Of a DNA stretch of 64,000 nt, positions 29,334 to 39,824 are shown one piece after another. Position 1 is the first letter of the stretch. Each line of letters starts with the position of its first letter. This DNA comes from a bacterium (GTDB taxonomy: Bacteria; Patescibacteriota; Dojkabacteria; JAKAPS01; JAJZLI01), in contig JAJZIL010000003.1 in NCBI GenBank assembly GCA_021810605.1, positions 214-64,213 of the forward strand. Direction: 5' to 3'. Below the pieces are notes generated by a model. The model saw only the letters and a list, made by a program, of their open reading frames with translations. It was not told the origin of the DNA and did no database searches. Both the position numbers and the translations under genes were made by a program.

Positions 29334-29534
29334 CTAAACAGTATGTGCTTTTACAATATTACCATTACATTTGTTACTTTCAGAAGACATACAGTATTTC
29401 TTTCCAAATATTTTTCTTGCCTCATTCATTGTACTTTGTGGGTTTAATGGTATATCAATATTTGTATTTAAATGGCATTTTTTGAATTTTCTACCTGAAC
29501 CACACCAACATAGTTCATTTCTTCCGGGTTTCAT
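29334..29534 (-). CDS. SEC-C motif metal-binding domain protein (N-terminal part)
   Basis: [13 protein letters not shown] matches the SEC-C motif (CxCGSGKKYKxCH) of the SecA C-terminus and YchJ. Confidence 0.45.
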   Translation of the reverse strand: MKPGRNELCWCGSGRKFKKCHLNTNIDIPLNPQSTMNEARKIFGKKYCMSSESNKCNGNIVKAHTV

Positions 29535-29593
29535 ACAAATTAATATCTAATTTAAAAACAAATAATAAAGACAAGTATAGGTTTCAATATAAA

Positions 29594-30427
29594 CTAATGA
29601 CTATTTATACTTTTAATTATATTTCTAATCTCTTCGACTACTCGAGGTAAATATTCTTTATTATGAGATCCCAATTCTTCTTCTTTTAATTCTATTACTT
29701 GTTTGCAATCATCTATCATACTATCATTTAAAAACTTTTCATTCTCATCAGAAATAAATAATTTTAATGTTAGTTGAAAGTATAAAAGCATTACTATACT
29801 TATTTGGTTTAATCCTGTCTCAAATAAATTTTTGTCAAAATCTGTAATAACAGGATTTATAGGATATTTAATTTTATTAAAATTTATATCAATCAAATCA
29901 TTTACTACTTTTATTTTATTGAAATGAGTTTTAGAGGAAAAAATAAAATATTCATTCCACTTTAATTTTAAATCTTGAGTTATAAAATTAGTAATATTAA
30001 ATTCTACACCCCCATCTTTTAATTTAGTAAATACTGCATCTGCTCTTTCTGGATTTTTAGATATAAATATTATAGCTATCAATGCCTCATATACCGACCT
30101 TATAAGTATTAAGAATTCATCATGGTTACCAATAACTAATTGATTATAAGCAGAATAAAAAATTTTCAGATTATTAAATGCAATTAAATACTGTTTAGTT
30201 TTACCTCCACCCCAATCATCTTTTTTTATATAATTTATACCAAATAAAACTTTGTATAATAGGTCATAAAAGACTTCAAATTGTCCTTCTCCCCTACCAT
30301 AAATTTTAAGAATATATTCTGAATTCTCTTTCTCTTTTCGCCTTATATTTTTTATAATAATTTCTTTATTTTTATTCAAATAATTAATATAAAATTCGTC
30401 AAACTTAGACGTTAAATCATTCTGCAT
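29594..30427 (-). CDS. hypothetical protein (277 aa)
   Basis: Uninterrupted ORF immediately downstream of res; no recognised motif. Confidence 0.35.
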   Translation of the reverse strand: MQNDLTSKFDEFYINYLNKNKEIIIKNIRRKEKENSEYILKIYGRGEGQFEVFYDLLYKVLFGINYIKKDDWGGGKTKQYLIAFNNLKIFYSAYNQLVIGNHDEFLILIRSVYEALIAIIFISKNPERADAVFTKLKDGGVEFNITNFITQDLKLKWNEYFIFSSKTHFNKIKVVNDLIDINFNKIKYPINPVITDFDKNLFETGLNQISIVMLLYFQLTLKLFISDENEKFLNDSMIDDCKQVIELKEEELGSHNKEYLPRVVEEIRNIIKSINSH

Positions 30428-30432
30428 AATTG

Positions 30433-33300
30433 TTACATATCTAAAAAATTATTGACTTTTTTCTGAAGCTTTGTATACTCTAAAATGTCTATCATATTAG
30501 CCATTCTATTTTTCAAACTATAAAAATCATTTTCATCTAATAGAACATATTCCCATTGATTATTAAATCTTTTTTCTTCTGATAATTTATTTATTTGAGA
30601 TATAAAATTTTCTGCAGATATCTTTTTTCTTCGTACATTAATATCTGCCATATCTTTATGTGATTTTGTCTCAACTAAATAAGTAATGTTATTTTTACAT
30701 CGTACTAAAAAATCTGGATAATAATATGACGATAATCCATCATCTTTTATATATCTTATTTTTATAAAATCGTGAAAATTTTCTATTATTTTAACAAAAG
30801 CTAAAACATCTGCGGATATATCAGCAAACTCTATAAAACTCTTCTCAAATCCTCCCTTATTACTTGGGAATGGAGTTCTTGTATAAATTGTCTTCCCTGT
30901 TTCTATTGAATATTCTTCTCTGATTCTAATTTGTTTTATATCAGATATTTTTTTATAAATAACTTCTGGATCATTAATTACCTCTGTTGCTTGAGCTTCT
31001 ATAATAGCATTAGAAACTTGAGATATTATATGATTAGCTACTATATCCAAAAGTAAGACTCTCCAATTATTATCTTCTAAAGGGTTTATATTTATATTAA
31101 ATAATCTTTTTTTTATATACTCATCTGTTAAAGAGGCAATTTTTGACAAATTTATCTGAAGTGAAGGATATTTTTTATCTTCATTTAAATGTTTTCCTGA
31201 AATATGAGTATTTCCTAAATCAGAAACTCTATTTACTAATCTTGATATATATTCATTATAACTATTTGCGGTCATCATTCCTCCATTTACAGCATAGTCT
31301 CCAAATTTTGTTTTACTTGTAACTTCATTGGATTGAAATACTTCTGATTTTGGTGCAAGTTTTTTTAAATTTTCAAATGTCATTAAATCAAAAGGCTTTA
31401 AATTATTAACAGAGATAATATTATCTTTTATTTGTTCTTCAACATCTCTCTTTATGAAAGGTATACTAAAATCATATTCCTCATAGTTATCCTTTAATTG
31501 AGACCAAATTATGTCTCCTAAACTATGTTCTTTTAATTCATCAACTTCTTCTTCACTAACTCCAACTAATCCTTCTTCAATTAATTCATTATAAAATTCT
31601 CTGAATGAAGGATGTTCTATAATACTTAAAATATCATATTGGGATTCCGGATCTATATGCTTTTGTAATAATCTTTTTCTATCTTCTAATTTTATATCTT
31701 GAAATTCAGTTTCCCTCCACATTAATCTTAAACCTCTTCCTATGGTTTGCTCCAATAATATACCTGACTGCGTTGCTCTTAATGGAACTATTACACAGAT
31801 ATTATTTACATCAAATCCCTCTCTAAGCATTAAGACTGAAATTATAGCTTTTGGAATTTTATGATTATCTATATTAAATAATCTATTTTTTATATCATTC
31901 CATTCATCTTCACTAACTTCACCTTTTCTAGATGAGTGAATTTCCATAATATCTTCATCTTTTAAATTCTCTTCTATAAGAAATTCTCTTACATACTTTG
32001 TTACTTCAGTTTCTTCACAGATAACTAACATTTTAGGATTTTTATTATCTGATACTTTAGAAAATTCTTCTTCTAGTGTTTTTAGCTTTGTAATACCAGC
32101 TCTTAACATTATTCTTTGCCCATCAGATAATCCTCTTATTTTATTTGAGTCATCTCTTAAAGCTTTAAAATCAAGAGGTAAAGCGGCAATTTCTTTTCTT
32201 AAATCTAATACTAATGTTTTAACTAATCCTTTTTTAATAGCATCCTTTAAATCAAAATCAGAAACAATATGAGAAAAATATTTCTTTTTTTTATTTATTT
32301 CTGTATATGGTGTTGCAGAAAAATCAATCTGGATAAAATTTTCTCCTTTATTCTTAGATATTATATTTAAACTTTGCTTCCATTTAACTTCAGATGAGTC
32401 CTCTCCTTTTTTAATATCATGTATATGGTGAGCTTCATCATTAAATACAACCAGATTCTCTAGCTCTTTTAGATATTCTAATTCTTTTCCTCTATTGTAT
32501 GAATTATCTAGAATATTTAAATCATTACCTTGATTCTTTCCAGGCCTTATAGGAAATATATCTTTGATTACTTCTGATGCTTCTGGGATAACAGAAATAC
32601 TTTCTTTCTTATCTTCTCCATTATCAATCAACACATTCCAATTTGTAATTGCTATTACTCCTCCTCCAGTAGGTTTTCCTATTTCATCTCTTCTAACTGT
32701 AGAATTCTGAATAAATCCAAAAATTTCGTCTCTATCAATATTAGGAATAAATAGATCTTGCATATTAAAAATATCTGATTTTTCAAAAATTCTTTCTTTT
32801 TTTACTTCATCAACTTTACCTAAAAAAGCATCTAGTAATCTTTCATATACTATCAACCCAGGAGCTATAATTAGAAAATTTTTACTAAAAAAGTCATAGC
32901 CGTCTTTAGCATTAAGATATTGCCATATAAGCAAAGCTATCAACACCCAGGTTTTCCCTGTTCCAGTAGCCATTTTAATACAATATTTAGGATACTTACT
33001 TGAATCTTTTGATATTTCAGTAAGATTATCAATATATAATGTGGGATTTATTTTTTCATATATTTCAGAGATATTTTTAGCTTTTAAAACTTCATGTACA
33101 TAAATTGTATTTAGAATAGATTGTTTTTGCCCTTCATGAAAATTTTTATCTCTTGAATCGATATAATCTTGAGAAAACCAAAATTTTAATAATTTTTCTG
33201 TTTGAGGCGTCACTGATTGAATAAATTCACCACTATCCCAAGCATTATTAGCTTTATTAGTTATTAATTTTGCAAGTTGTAATGGGTAATCCATATTCAT
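30433..33300 (-). CDS. res: Type III restriction enzyme, Res subunit (SF2 helicase-like)
   Basis: Helicase motif I region GTGKT...; DEAH box [13 protein letters not shown]; about 955 aa; overlaps the mod gene by ATGA. Confidence 0.8.
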   Translation of the reverse strand: MNMDYPLQLAKLITNKANNAWDSGEFIQSVTPQTEKLLKFWFSQDYIDSRDKNFHEGQKQSILNTIYVHEVLKAKNISEIYEKINPTLYIDNLTEISKDSSKYPKYCIKMATGTGKTWVLIALLIWQYLNAKDGYDFFSKNFLIIAPGLIVYERLLDAFLGKVDEVKKERIFEKSDIFNMQDLFIPNIDRDEIFGFIQNSTVRRDEIGKPTGGGVIAITNWNVLIDNGEDKKESISVIPEASEVIKDIFPIRPGKNQGNDLNILDNSYNRGKELEYLKELENLVVFNDEAHHIHDIKKGEDSSEVKWKQSLNIISKNKGENFIQIDFSATPYTEINKKKKYFSHIVSDFDLKDAIKKGLVKTLVLDLRKEIAALPLDFKALRDDSNKIRGLSDGQRIMLRAGITKLKTLEEEFSKVSDNKNPKMLVICEETEVTKYVREFLIEENLKDEDIMEIHSSRKGEVSEDEWNDIKNRLFNIDNHKIPKAIISVLMLREGFDVNNICVIVPLRATQSGILLEQTIGRGLRLMWRETEFQDIKLEDRKRLLQKHIDPESQYDILSIIEHPSFREFYNELIEEGLVGVSEEEVDELKEHSLGDIIWSQLKDNYEEYDFSIPFIKRDVEEQIKDNIISVNNLKPFDLMTFENLKKLAPKSEVFQSNEVTSKTKFGDYAVNGGMMTANSYNEYISRLVNRVSDLGNTHISGKHLNEDKKYPSLQINLSKIASLTDEYIKKRLFNININPLEDNNWRVLLLDIVANHIISQVSNAIIEAQATEVINDPEVIYKKISDIKQIRIREEYSIETGKTIYTRTPFPSNKGGFEKSFIEFADISADVLAFVKIIENFHDFIKIRYIKDDGLSSYYYPDFLVRCKNNITYLVETKSHKDMADINVRRKKISAENFISQINKLSEEKRFNNQWEYVLLDENDFYSLKNRMANMIDILEYTKLQKKVNNFLDM

Positions 33301-35345
33301 AATTCCTTTATAACCTCACTTTCCCAACCAAACACATCAACAGATTTCACACAAATTTTCCTCTTCCCCTCATTTTTAGGAACAATAATACTAGCCTTCC
33401 TAACGACTCTCAAATCTTCATTATTTTCTCTATAGTCTTGCCAGATACTTTTAAAAGTAATTCCATCAAAATCAGGGTCTACACTCCAATACTCTATTAA
33501 ATCTAAGGGATTATTATTTATTACCTCTTGAATTTTCTCTTTATTGAGATCATCCAATGGTAAAGAATCCGGGGAAAGAATTATATAATTATCTAACTCT
33601 ATTTCAACTTCTTCATCATTACCACTATCAATTAAAATAGGTTCTTTTATAGCAAGGTATTGTAAAGAAGAAAATCTTACTGCTCCAGTTTTTGTAAGTG
33701 AGTCATACCCTTTTTTACTAGAAAGTTTATCTATTAAATCTGGAGGAATAACTTTTACTTCTAATCTATTATCATCTAAATCTTTTATTATCTGTCCTAT
33801 ATCATTAACAAAATTCCAACCTAAAACAATAACTTTATCAAAACCTCCTTCTAAATTATCTCTTAATTGTTGCACTTTCCTTAGAGTAGGCTCCCCACAT
33901 AGTTTATTAGGTGAATCAGCATAAACTAATGTTTTAGTACCATTAAGTCTACCTAATGATTTATATTGTAAATCCTCTCTATCAAATGGTAGTGCTCCAT
34001 ATAGACCTAATACTACTTGGGCTAAATCACCTATTCTATATTTAGAACCAAAATTTTGAGATACTTGTTCCATTTGATAATCTCCTATGGATTGATACAA
34101 AAAAGGCTTAACATTTTTATCAATCAACCTTTTTCTTATAATCATACATGAAGGTTTACCAATATCAGATAGTATCCATTTCCTCCCTAGACTTTCTGCT
34201 ACAACTCCTGTAGTACCAGAACCTGAAAAAAAATCAGCTATAATAGAATCTTCACTAGAGGACGCACTTATTATTCTTTCTAAAAGCTTAGATGGTTTTT
34301 GTGTTGCATATCCTATATTTTCATTTCCTTGAAGGGATTTAATATCTGACCATACATCTTTACACATTATTCCATTAATATTAATATATCTTTTAATACA
34401 TGGGACTTTTCCTTTCTCTACTTTTAACTTGCCCTCTTTAATCCAATTTAAAGCTGTAACATATGGCATTCTATATCCATTAGATGGCATTTTTTCGTCA
34501 TATCCTAAATCATATCTATACCCAGCGCCTCCAGGATTAGAAACATCAGTCCATCTGAATTTCCCATATTCATCTTCATACTTATATGGTTTTAATCCTC
34601 CTTCTTCATAAGGTTGAAAAATATCATTCCAAATTTTTTTTGAATTATCTTTTGAATAAAAAAGTATGGTATCATGGGATTTAATAAACTTTTTATTCTT
34701 AGAAGATGTATCTCCAGTTGTTCCTTGCCAAATAATTTCATTTATAAAATTTTCTCTACCGAAGATTGCATCCATCAATATTTTTACGTAGTGTCCTATA
34801 TTCCAATCAATATGTACATAAATAGAACCTTTATCAGACAAAAGTTCTCTCATCAATAATACTCTAGGATATAGAAATCTTAAATAACTAATAGTTCCAT
34901 CTTTCCATGTATCTGAATATGCCGACTGTTCTAAAACAGTAGGTCTCTTTTCAATATTAGCTCCTGGTAAAATAATCCTAGTTCTATAATCAGCCTTACT
35001 ATTAAATGGTGGATCAATATATATAAGGTCAATTTTATTTCTAAGACTATTTACTCCATTAAAAGAATCTCCAGATAATAGAGCTTGCATAACTAATAAA
35101 TTATCTCCATAGACTAATCTATTATAGAAATTACTTTTATAATTCAAATCACGATCACTAAAGATATCTTGACTCATCATTTGGTTGAGCATTTCAGACT
35201 CTCTTACAACCTTTGAAGGGATTACTATTTCATTAGTTTGAAGAAGTATTTTTGTTGAATCAGAGAGATTTTCTAATATATTATCAACAAGTCTATTTCC
35301 ATCTTTTACTATATTAGGCAATGCATCTATAATTTTTGAATCCAT
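33297..35345 (-). CDS. mod: Type III R-M DNA methyltransferase, Mod subunit (beta-class N6A/N4C MTase)
   Basis: Motif [10 protein letters not shown] precedes motif [15 protein letters not shown] (beta-class order); about 682 aa; translationally coupled to res. Confidence 0.8.
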   Translation of the reverse strand: MDSKIIDALPNIVKDGNRLVDNILENLSDSTKILLQTNEIVIPSKVVRESEMLNQMMSQDIFSDRDLNYKSNFYNRLVYGDNLLVMQALLSGDSFNGVNSLRNKIDLIYIDPPFNSKADYRTRIILPGANIEKRPTVLEQSAYSDTWKDGTISYLRFLYPRVLLMRELLSDKGSIYVHIDWNIGHYVKILMDAIFGRENFINEIIWQGTTGDTSSKNKKFIKSHDTILFYSKDNSKKIWNDIFQPYEEGGLKPYKYEDEYGKFRWTDVSNPGGAGYRYDLGYDEKMPSNGYRMPYVTALNWIKEGKLKVEKGKVPCIKRYININGIMCKDVWSDIKSLQGNENIGYATQKPSKLLERIISASSSEDSIIADFFSGSGTTGVVAESLGRKWILSDIGKPSCMIIRKRLIDKNVKPFLYQSIGDYQMEQVSQNFGSKYRIGDLAQVVLGLYGALPFDREDLQYKSLGRLNGTKTLVYADSPNKLCGEPTLRKVQQLRDNLEGGFDKVIVLGWNFVNDIGQIIKDLDDNRLEVKVIPPDLIDKLSSKKGYDSLTKTGAVRFSSLQYLAIKEPILIDSGNDEEVEIELDNYIILSPDSLPLDDLNKEKIQEVINNNPLDLIEYWSVDPDFDGITFKSIWQDYRENNEDLRVVRKASIIVPKNEGKRKICVKSVDVFGWESEVIKEL

Positions 35346-35448
35346 GACACAATTATACTTTATATATAAAGATTTTTAAATATATAAAGTATTTACAAAT
35401 GCCTTTAAACTGAGTATAATATATATTAATTTTTATATATTTTATATT

Positions 35449-35595
35449 ATGGAAGAAAAATATCAATGTCCTAAATGTAATTCTACGAATTTAGATACAA
35501 TAAAGGGTTCCCCTATTTGTGTATGTAATGATTGTAAATATGAATTTCCTGCTCTAGAAGCAATAATAAAAAACAAAAATGAAAGTAAACAATAA
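35449..35595 (+). CDS. small zinc-ribbon protein, possibly the N-terminal part of the following HNH gene
   Basis: MEEKYQCPKCNSTNLDTIKGSPICVCNDCKYEF...; the overlap with the HNH ORF falls in an A-rich run. Confidence 0.3.
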   Translation: MEEKYQCPKCNSTNLDTIKGSPICVCNDCKYEFPALEAIIKNKNESKQ

Positions 35596-35809
35596 TAAAA
35601 GAAAATACAATTCTAAGATAAGAAAAAAATTAAACAAGCTATTTGGTAAAAAAAAAGCACAGGAACTAGAGGTAGACCATATTAAACCTTTGGCTGACGG
35701 AGGAAAGGATACTAAAAAAAATATTCAACTACTAACAAAAAAAGAACATTTAGAAAAAACCACTATGGAAAATAAAAAAAGAAATAAATTAAAAAATAGA
35801 AAATCTTAA
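35579..35809 (+). CDS. HNH endonuclease
   Basis: ELEVDHIKPLADGGKDTKKNIQLLTKKEH matches the HNH motif (DH...GG...N...H). Confidence 0.55.
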   Translation: MKVNNNKRKYNSKIRKKLNKLFGKKKAQELEVDHIKPLADGGKDTKKNIQLLTKKEHLEKTTMENKKRNKLKNRKS

Positions 35810-36126
35810 TTATGAATAAATGAAATGATTTTATCGCTCTTATAAATAGAAAGTGGATTTACTACTGGTATTATAATCTATTTACTTAATAAATCTTTTT
35901 TAAAATATCAATTATCAAATATATCAAAAGAGATGCTTACACAGAATGGATACAATTAATAATTGATTTTAATTCTCAGAGAAACATATCTGTTATAGAT
36001 TTTAAAGAATTATAAAAAATAATATCTAAAATAAAAACAATATTGATTCAAATAAAGTAATCAAATCATATTTAAAAATAAAGGAGATTAATAAAAAAAT
36101 CAATGGAAAAAATAGAATAGAGGGTG

Positions 36127-36238
36127 AAAAGAAATATATACCAGAGGAAAAATATGAAAAAATTTGATTTATTATATTATCATCAATTTGATTCATAAAG
36201 AAATACATTAAGAAAAATATTCTTAACTGACTTACTGG
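36127..36238. repeat. direct repeat copy A (about 105 bp), including a truncated 5' gene fragment
   Basis: Near-identical to 37588..37710. The encoded fragment MYFFMNQIDDNIINQIFSYFSSGIYFF copies the N-terminus of the 37105..37668 ORF. Confidence 0.6.
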
Positions 36239-36323
36239 GACGATTATAGAACTTTTATATTTTTTACCCCCACCCTACGCTCACTATTGTTTAAATTTTG
36301 ATTAATAATTGATTATTATATTA

Positions 36324-36971
36324 TCAAAATAAGATATCAAATACAGAAATATAATTATTTTTAACTTTATCCCAATTAGTTTTATCTATATAAACCTGTT
36401 GCTGAATATTAGTTAGTTTGGAATATAATTGTTTTAATTGAGTTTCTTGCTGATTAAAATAATTTTGATCTTGATTTAAACTAGATAACCCATAAGCTTT
36501 ATCATATCTAATACTAAATGTTATATCAGATCTAGACATGGCAACTTGATTATCCTCTTTTAAATAAACTAAGAAATATAACCTTTCCGATTTTAAAGTA
36601 TTAAAAATACTTATATTTTGTTGAGAATAAATTTCTGGACCAGGAGATATATTTTCTAATTCAATTGAGATATTATTAATTTGATTAATTGCACTATTAT
36701 AATAACTGTCCCATTGTGATTTAGTTTTAGTAACAGAACTAGGAATATTAATATAGTTTATTAAATTATCATTATTTATATTCCATTTTGTCATTTGATT
36801 GTTAAATGACTGAATTTGTGATTGTTGTTGAGTATATTTAATATAATAAAGAATAGACAAACCTATTATCAATAAAATTACTATTGAAATAATAATATAA
36901 TATACACGAAATCCACTTTTTACTTTAATAAAGTTATTATTAGATAATTTTTCTAAATTTTCACCCTCCAT
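36324..36971 (-). CDS. hypothetical membrane-anchored Q/N-rich protein
   Basis: N-terminal TM helix; Gln/Asn-rich coiled-coil-like remainder. Confidence 0.35.
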   Translation of the reverse strand: MEGENLEKLSNNNFIKVKSGFRVYYIIISIVILLIIGLSILYYIKYTQQQSQIQSFNNQMTKWNINNDNLINYINIPSSVTKTKSQWDSYYNSAINQINNISIELENISPGPEIYSQQNISIFNTLKSERLYFLVYLKEDNQVAMSRSDITFSIRYDKAYGLSSLNQDQNYFNQQETQLKQLYSKLTNIQQQVYIDKTNWDKVKNNYISVFDILF

Positions 36972-37104
36972 TTAAGAATATTATACTACTTGTATTTTTT
37001 TTATCAACATATTAGGTACATCTATTTGAAAATTATCATTTTATGATAATTAATACTTCTCACAAGTTTGTTTACTACAAAATATCTATTATTAATCTTG
37101 GATA

Positions 37105-37668
37105 TTATTGATTCTGCAAACCTTTGTTAATTATTCTAATCTCACTTAAATTGAAGATCATTAATAACATTAACAAACTAGTAGTTGATAACAGTAAGCA
37201 AATATTAATATTATTAAATAACAATAAATATGGATTATAAAGCATAATAAAAAACATACTTATAGAAGAAGCTTTGGAAAGATTTAATATGAATCTATAA
37301 TTATTTTTAATATTTCTTTTATAATTATCTTTTTGTGAATCATTTTTTGGATATTGTAAAATTTCAGAAAAAATATTATTCCCCTTTTTGTCTTTAAAAA
37401 GTATTTGTAAATAATTAAAAAATTGCATTAATATTCTCCCTACAATAATTGATAATAAAATATAGATTATTATTACTATTATAATATTGGAATTAGTATA
37501 ATTAATATCTTTTAATAATATACCTACTAGAAAAAATATATTGAAAGTATTGTATCTTAATATAAGAATATTAAAAGAAAAAATAACAAAGAAATATATA
37601 CCAGAGGAAAAATATGAAAAAATTTGATTTATTATATTATTATCAATTTGACTATAAATTTGATTCAT
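37105..37668 (-). CDS. hypothetical integral membrane protein (start trimmed to avoid tRNA-Gln overlap)
   Basis: The track ORF 37105..37737 runs into tRNA-Gln; an internal Met (MNQIYSQ...) at 37668 is the plausible start; multiple hydrophobic helices. Confidence 0.35.
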   Translation of the reverse strand: MNQIYSQIDNNIINQIFSYFSSGIYFFVIFSFNILILRYNTFNIFFLVGILLKDINYTNSNIIIVIIIYILLSIIVGRILMQFFNYLQILFKDKKGNNIFSEILQYPKNDSQKDNYKRNIKNNYRFILNLSKASSISMFFIMLYNPYLLLFNNINICLLLSTTSLLMLLMIFNLSEIRIINKGLQNQ

Positions 37669-37710
37669 AAAGAAATAAATTAAGAATAATATTCCCAACT
37701 GGGATGCAGG
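37588..37710. repeat. direct repeat copy B, abutting and partly overlapping the tRNA-Gln 3' end
   Basis: aaagaaatatataccagaggaaaaatatgaaaaaatttgatttattatattat...cataaagaaata is shared with 36127..36238; copy B has a 9-bp insertion. Confidence 0.6.
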
Positions 37711-37769
37711 GATTCGAACCCCAAACTTTAGGACCAAAACCTAACGTGATGCCATTTCACCACATCCCA
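37699..37769 (-). tRNA. tRNA-Gln (anticodon UUG)
   Basis: Cloverleaf resolved by hand: acceptor TGGGATG/CATCCCA, anticodon stem TTAGG/CCTAA, loop TTTTGGT, T-loop TTCGAAT; no encoded CCA. Confidence 0.75.
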
Positions 37770-37777
37770 AGATAAAA

Positions 37778-37853
37778 TGGAGCGGAAAACGGGATTCAAA
37801 CCCGCGACCTTATCCTTGGCAAGGATATGCTCTATCAGCTGAGCTACTTCCGC
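37778..37853 (-). tRNA. tRNA-Gly (anticodon GCC)
   Basis: Acceptor GCGGAAG/TTTCCGC; anticodon stem TATCC/GGATA; loop TTGCCAA; T-loop TTTGAAT; CCA encoded. Confidence 0.8.
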
Positions 37854-37864
37854 AATTTTTAGAT

Positions 37865-37937
37865 TGCCACAAGTGGGACTCGAACCCACGACACAAGGCT
37901 CTTCAGGCCTCTGCTCTACCAGCTGAGCTACCGTGGC
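37865..37937 (-). tRNA. tRNA-Phe (anticodon GAA)
   Basis: GCCACGGTAGCTCAGCTGGTAGAGCA...; anticodon loop CTGAAGA; T-loop TTCGAGT. Confidence 0.8.
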
Positions 37938-37950
37938 ATATATAAATAAA

Positions 37951-38023
37951 TGGGCAGTACAGGGATCGAACCTGTGACATCTACGGTGTAAACGTAGCGC
38001 TCTACCAGCTGAGCTAACTGCCC
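37951..38023 (-). tRNA. tRNA-Val (anticodon UAC)
   Basis: GGGCAGTTAGCTCAGCTGGTAGAGCG; anticodon stem CTACG/CGTAG; loop TTTACAC; T-loop TTCGATC. Confidence 0.8.
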
Positions 38024-38045
38024 TTAAATTTTTATTAAAGTACAT

Positions 38046-38131
38046 TGGGCAGAAGAGGAGTCGAACCTCCACACCAATAAATTAGGCACAACCACCTCAA
38101 GGTTGCGTGTCTACCATTCCACCACCTGCCC
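38046..38131 (-). tRNA. tRNA-Leu (anticodon GAG), long variable arm
   Basis: GGGCAGGTGGTGGAATGGTAGACACG; anticodon stem CAACC/GGTTG; loop TTGAGGT; extended variable arm; T-loop TTCGACT. Confidence 0.75.
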
Positions 38132-38179
38132 GAGTAGACATTACATCACATTATATTGGGTTATAAGCATTTTTGCAAA

Positions 38180-38264
38180 TGCTAGAGAGAGGATTTGAAC
38201 CTCCACATCTAATAAAAGATACAACGTTCTGAACGTTGCGTGTCTACCATTTCACCACTCTAGC
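38180..38264 (-). tRNA. tRNA-Leu (anticodon CAG), long variable arm
   Basis: GCTAGAGTGGTGAAATGGTAGACACG; anticodon stem CAACG/CGTTG; loop TTCAGAA; acceptor GCTAGAG/CTCTAGC. Confidence 0.75.
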
Positions 38265-39819
38265 CTATATACCAATTATATACAAAATAAAATCTCTGAT
38301 GAGGATATGATATATTAGAGAAATTTATTCCCTTAATATTACTATTTGCTATATATAAGAAATTATTGCTATATAGAAATATTGCAGGATCTATATTCTG
38401 AATATCCTTTTGAAAAAGTGCATAGGTCTCTTTTCTATCTTTCTGATTTATTGTAGAGATACCTACTAGAAGTAATTGATCAATCTGACTATTTGATAAT
38501 TTTGAAATATTACTAGTACTTTTTGAATACCACAAGGATATATTACTACTATTTATATTTGATTTTATAGAGGTTAATACTGCATCATAATTTCCTTTTG
38601 ATATTATGTATTGAAGCTGAGAGTTATTTTCAGGAATAAAGTCAGAAGATACTCCAATATTAGACCAACTTTTTTTTATATCATTTACCACTTGTGATGA
38701 TATTGAATTAAGATAATATACCTGTATACTATATTGATTTCCCTTGAGTAGATTTGCTGATTTTTTAGGATTAAATCTATAATGATTAATACTAGAAGAT
38801 GTTGAATATTCCCATGAGCTTTGAGGAATAGAGGTATACATTTGTGTAGCTGTATCCTTAAGAATAGATGATATAAGATATGTTCTAGAAATAGCGTATG
38901 ATAATGCATTTCTAAAATTTAGATTAGTAACTTTATTAAGATTGAAAAATATAGCAGTATAATAATTTCCTAAAGGTTTTTGATACATTATAAGATTTGG
39001 GTATTGAGATATATTTATATTTATATAACTTGGGAAATATCCCCCATCAATTTTATCTTCTTTGATAGCATTAAGAACATCATTATAATTTTTAAATATC
39101 TTTATAACAAAATATTTAAAATGAGGTTCTCCTAGATAATAACTATTAAATCTTTTTAATTGTGCTTCATTAGATGTAAGATAGCTTAATCTATATTCTC
39201 CAGAACCTATTATATTTGATGTATTATTAATATAATTACTTCCTTGAGGAACAATATTAAAATTTATATCTTGAAAGAAGTTAACATCAAGATTTTTAAC
39301 TAAAAATTCTATTTTATACTTTGATATTACTTGTGCAGATATATTAGAAAGTATTGTAGTTGGAAAGAATTTTTTTGAAAAATTAAAAGAGTAGTATACA
39401 TCATTTGCATCAATATTAACTCCATTTTGAAATTTAAAGTTTTTACGGAGGGTAAATACATATTTAGTTGAGTTATCTTCTATACTCCAAGATTTTGCAA
39501 CAACACCTTGGATAGTTCCATTAGATCTTATATACACAAGATGAGAGAATATAAGTGCATTTATATCTTTTACAAAAGTTGAATTACTGTTATTAGAATA
39601 AGGATTATAATAAGTTGAGTTAGATACAACTCCTTCTATATAGGTATCATTAGAGAATGGTTGTAATTTTATAAAGTTATATTTAAAAAAAAGAATAACC
39701 AGAAGTAAGAGAATTAGAATAGAGAGTATTATATATGATAGAGGGGAATATTTTTTGATATTATCGGGATAGTCCCACATATAATCTCTTATCTTAAAGA
39801 TTTTTTTCTCTCCTACCAT
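38260..39819 (-). CDS. ABC transporter substrate-binding protein, family 5 (oligopeptide/nickel type), membrane-anchored
   Basis: N-terminal TM anchor; WSIEDNSTKYVFTLRKNFKFQNGVNIDANDVYYSF resembles the SBP_bac_5 signature region; about 519 aa. Confidence 0.55.
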   Translation of the reverse strand: MVGEKKIFKIRDYMWDYPDNIKKYSPLSYIILSILILLLLVILFFKYNFIKLQPFSNDTYIEGVVSNSTYYNPYSNNSNSTFVKDINALIFSHLVYIRSNGTIQGVVAKSWSIEDNSTKYVFTLRKNFKFQNGVNIDANDVYYSFNFSKKFFPTTILSNISAQVISKYKIEFLVKNLDVNFFQDINFNIVPQGSNYINNTSNIIGSGEYRLSYLTSNEAQLKRFNSYYLGEPHFKYFVIKIFKNYNDVLNAIKEDKIDGGYFPSYININISQYPNLIMYQKPLGNYYTAIFFNLNKVTNLNFRNALSYAISRTYLISSILKDTATQMYTSIPQSSWEYSTSSSINHYRFNPKKSANLLKGNQYSIQVYYLNSISSQVVNDIKKSWSNIGVSSDFIPENNSQLQYIISKGNYDAVLTSIKSNINSSNISLWYSKSTSNISKLSNSQIDQLLLVGISTINQKDRKETYALFQKDIQNIDPAIFLYSNNFLYIANSNIKGINFSNISYPHQRFYFVYNWYIG

Positions 39820-39824
39820 ATATA

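Noticed and set aside
34429-34859. Two short plus-strand ORFs
   Set aside because: Both lie antisense within the Type III mod gene.
37728-38072. 114-aa ORF on the minus strand
   Set aside because: It lies entirely across the tRNA-Gln/Gly/Phe/Val array, so it is an artefact of translating structured RNA genes.
38685-38909. 74-aa minus-strand ORF
   Set aside because: It is nested in another frame inside the substrate-binding-protein gene.
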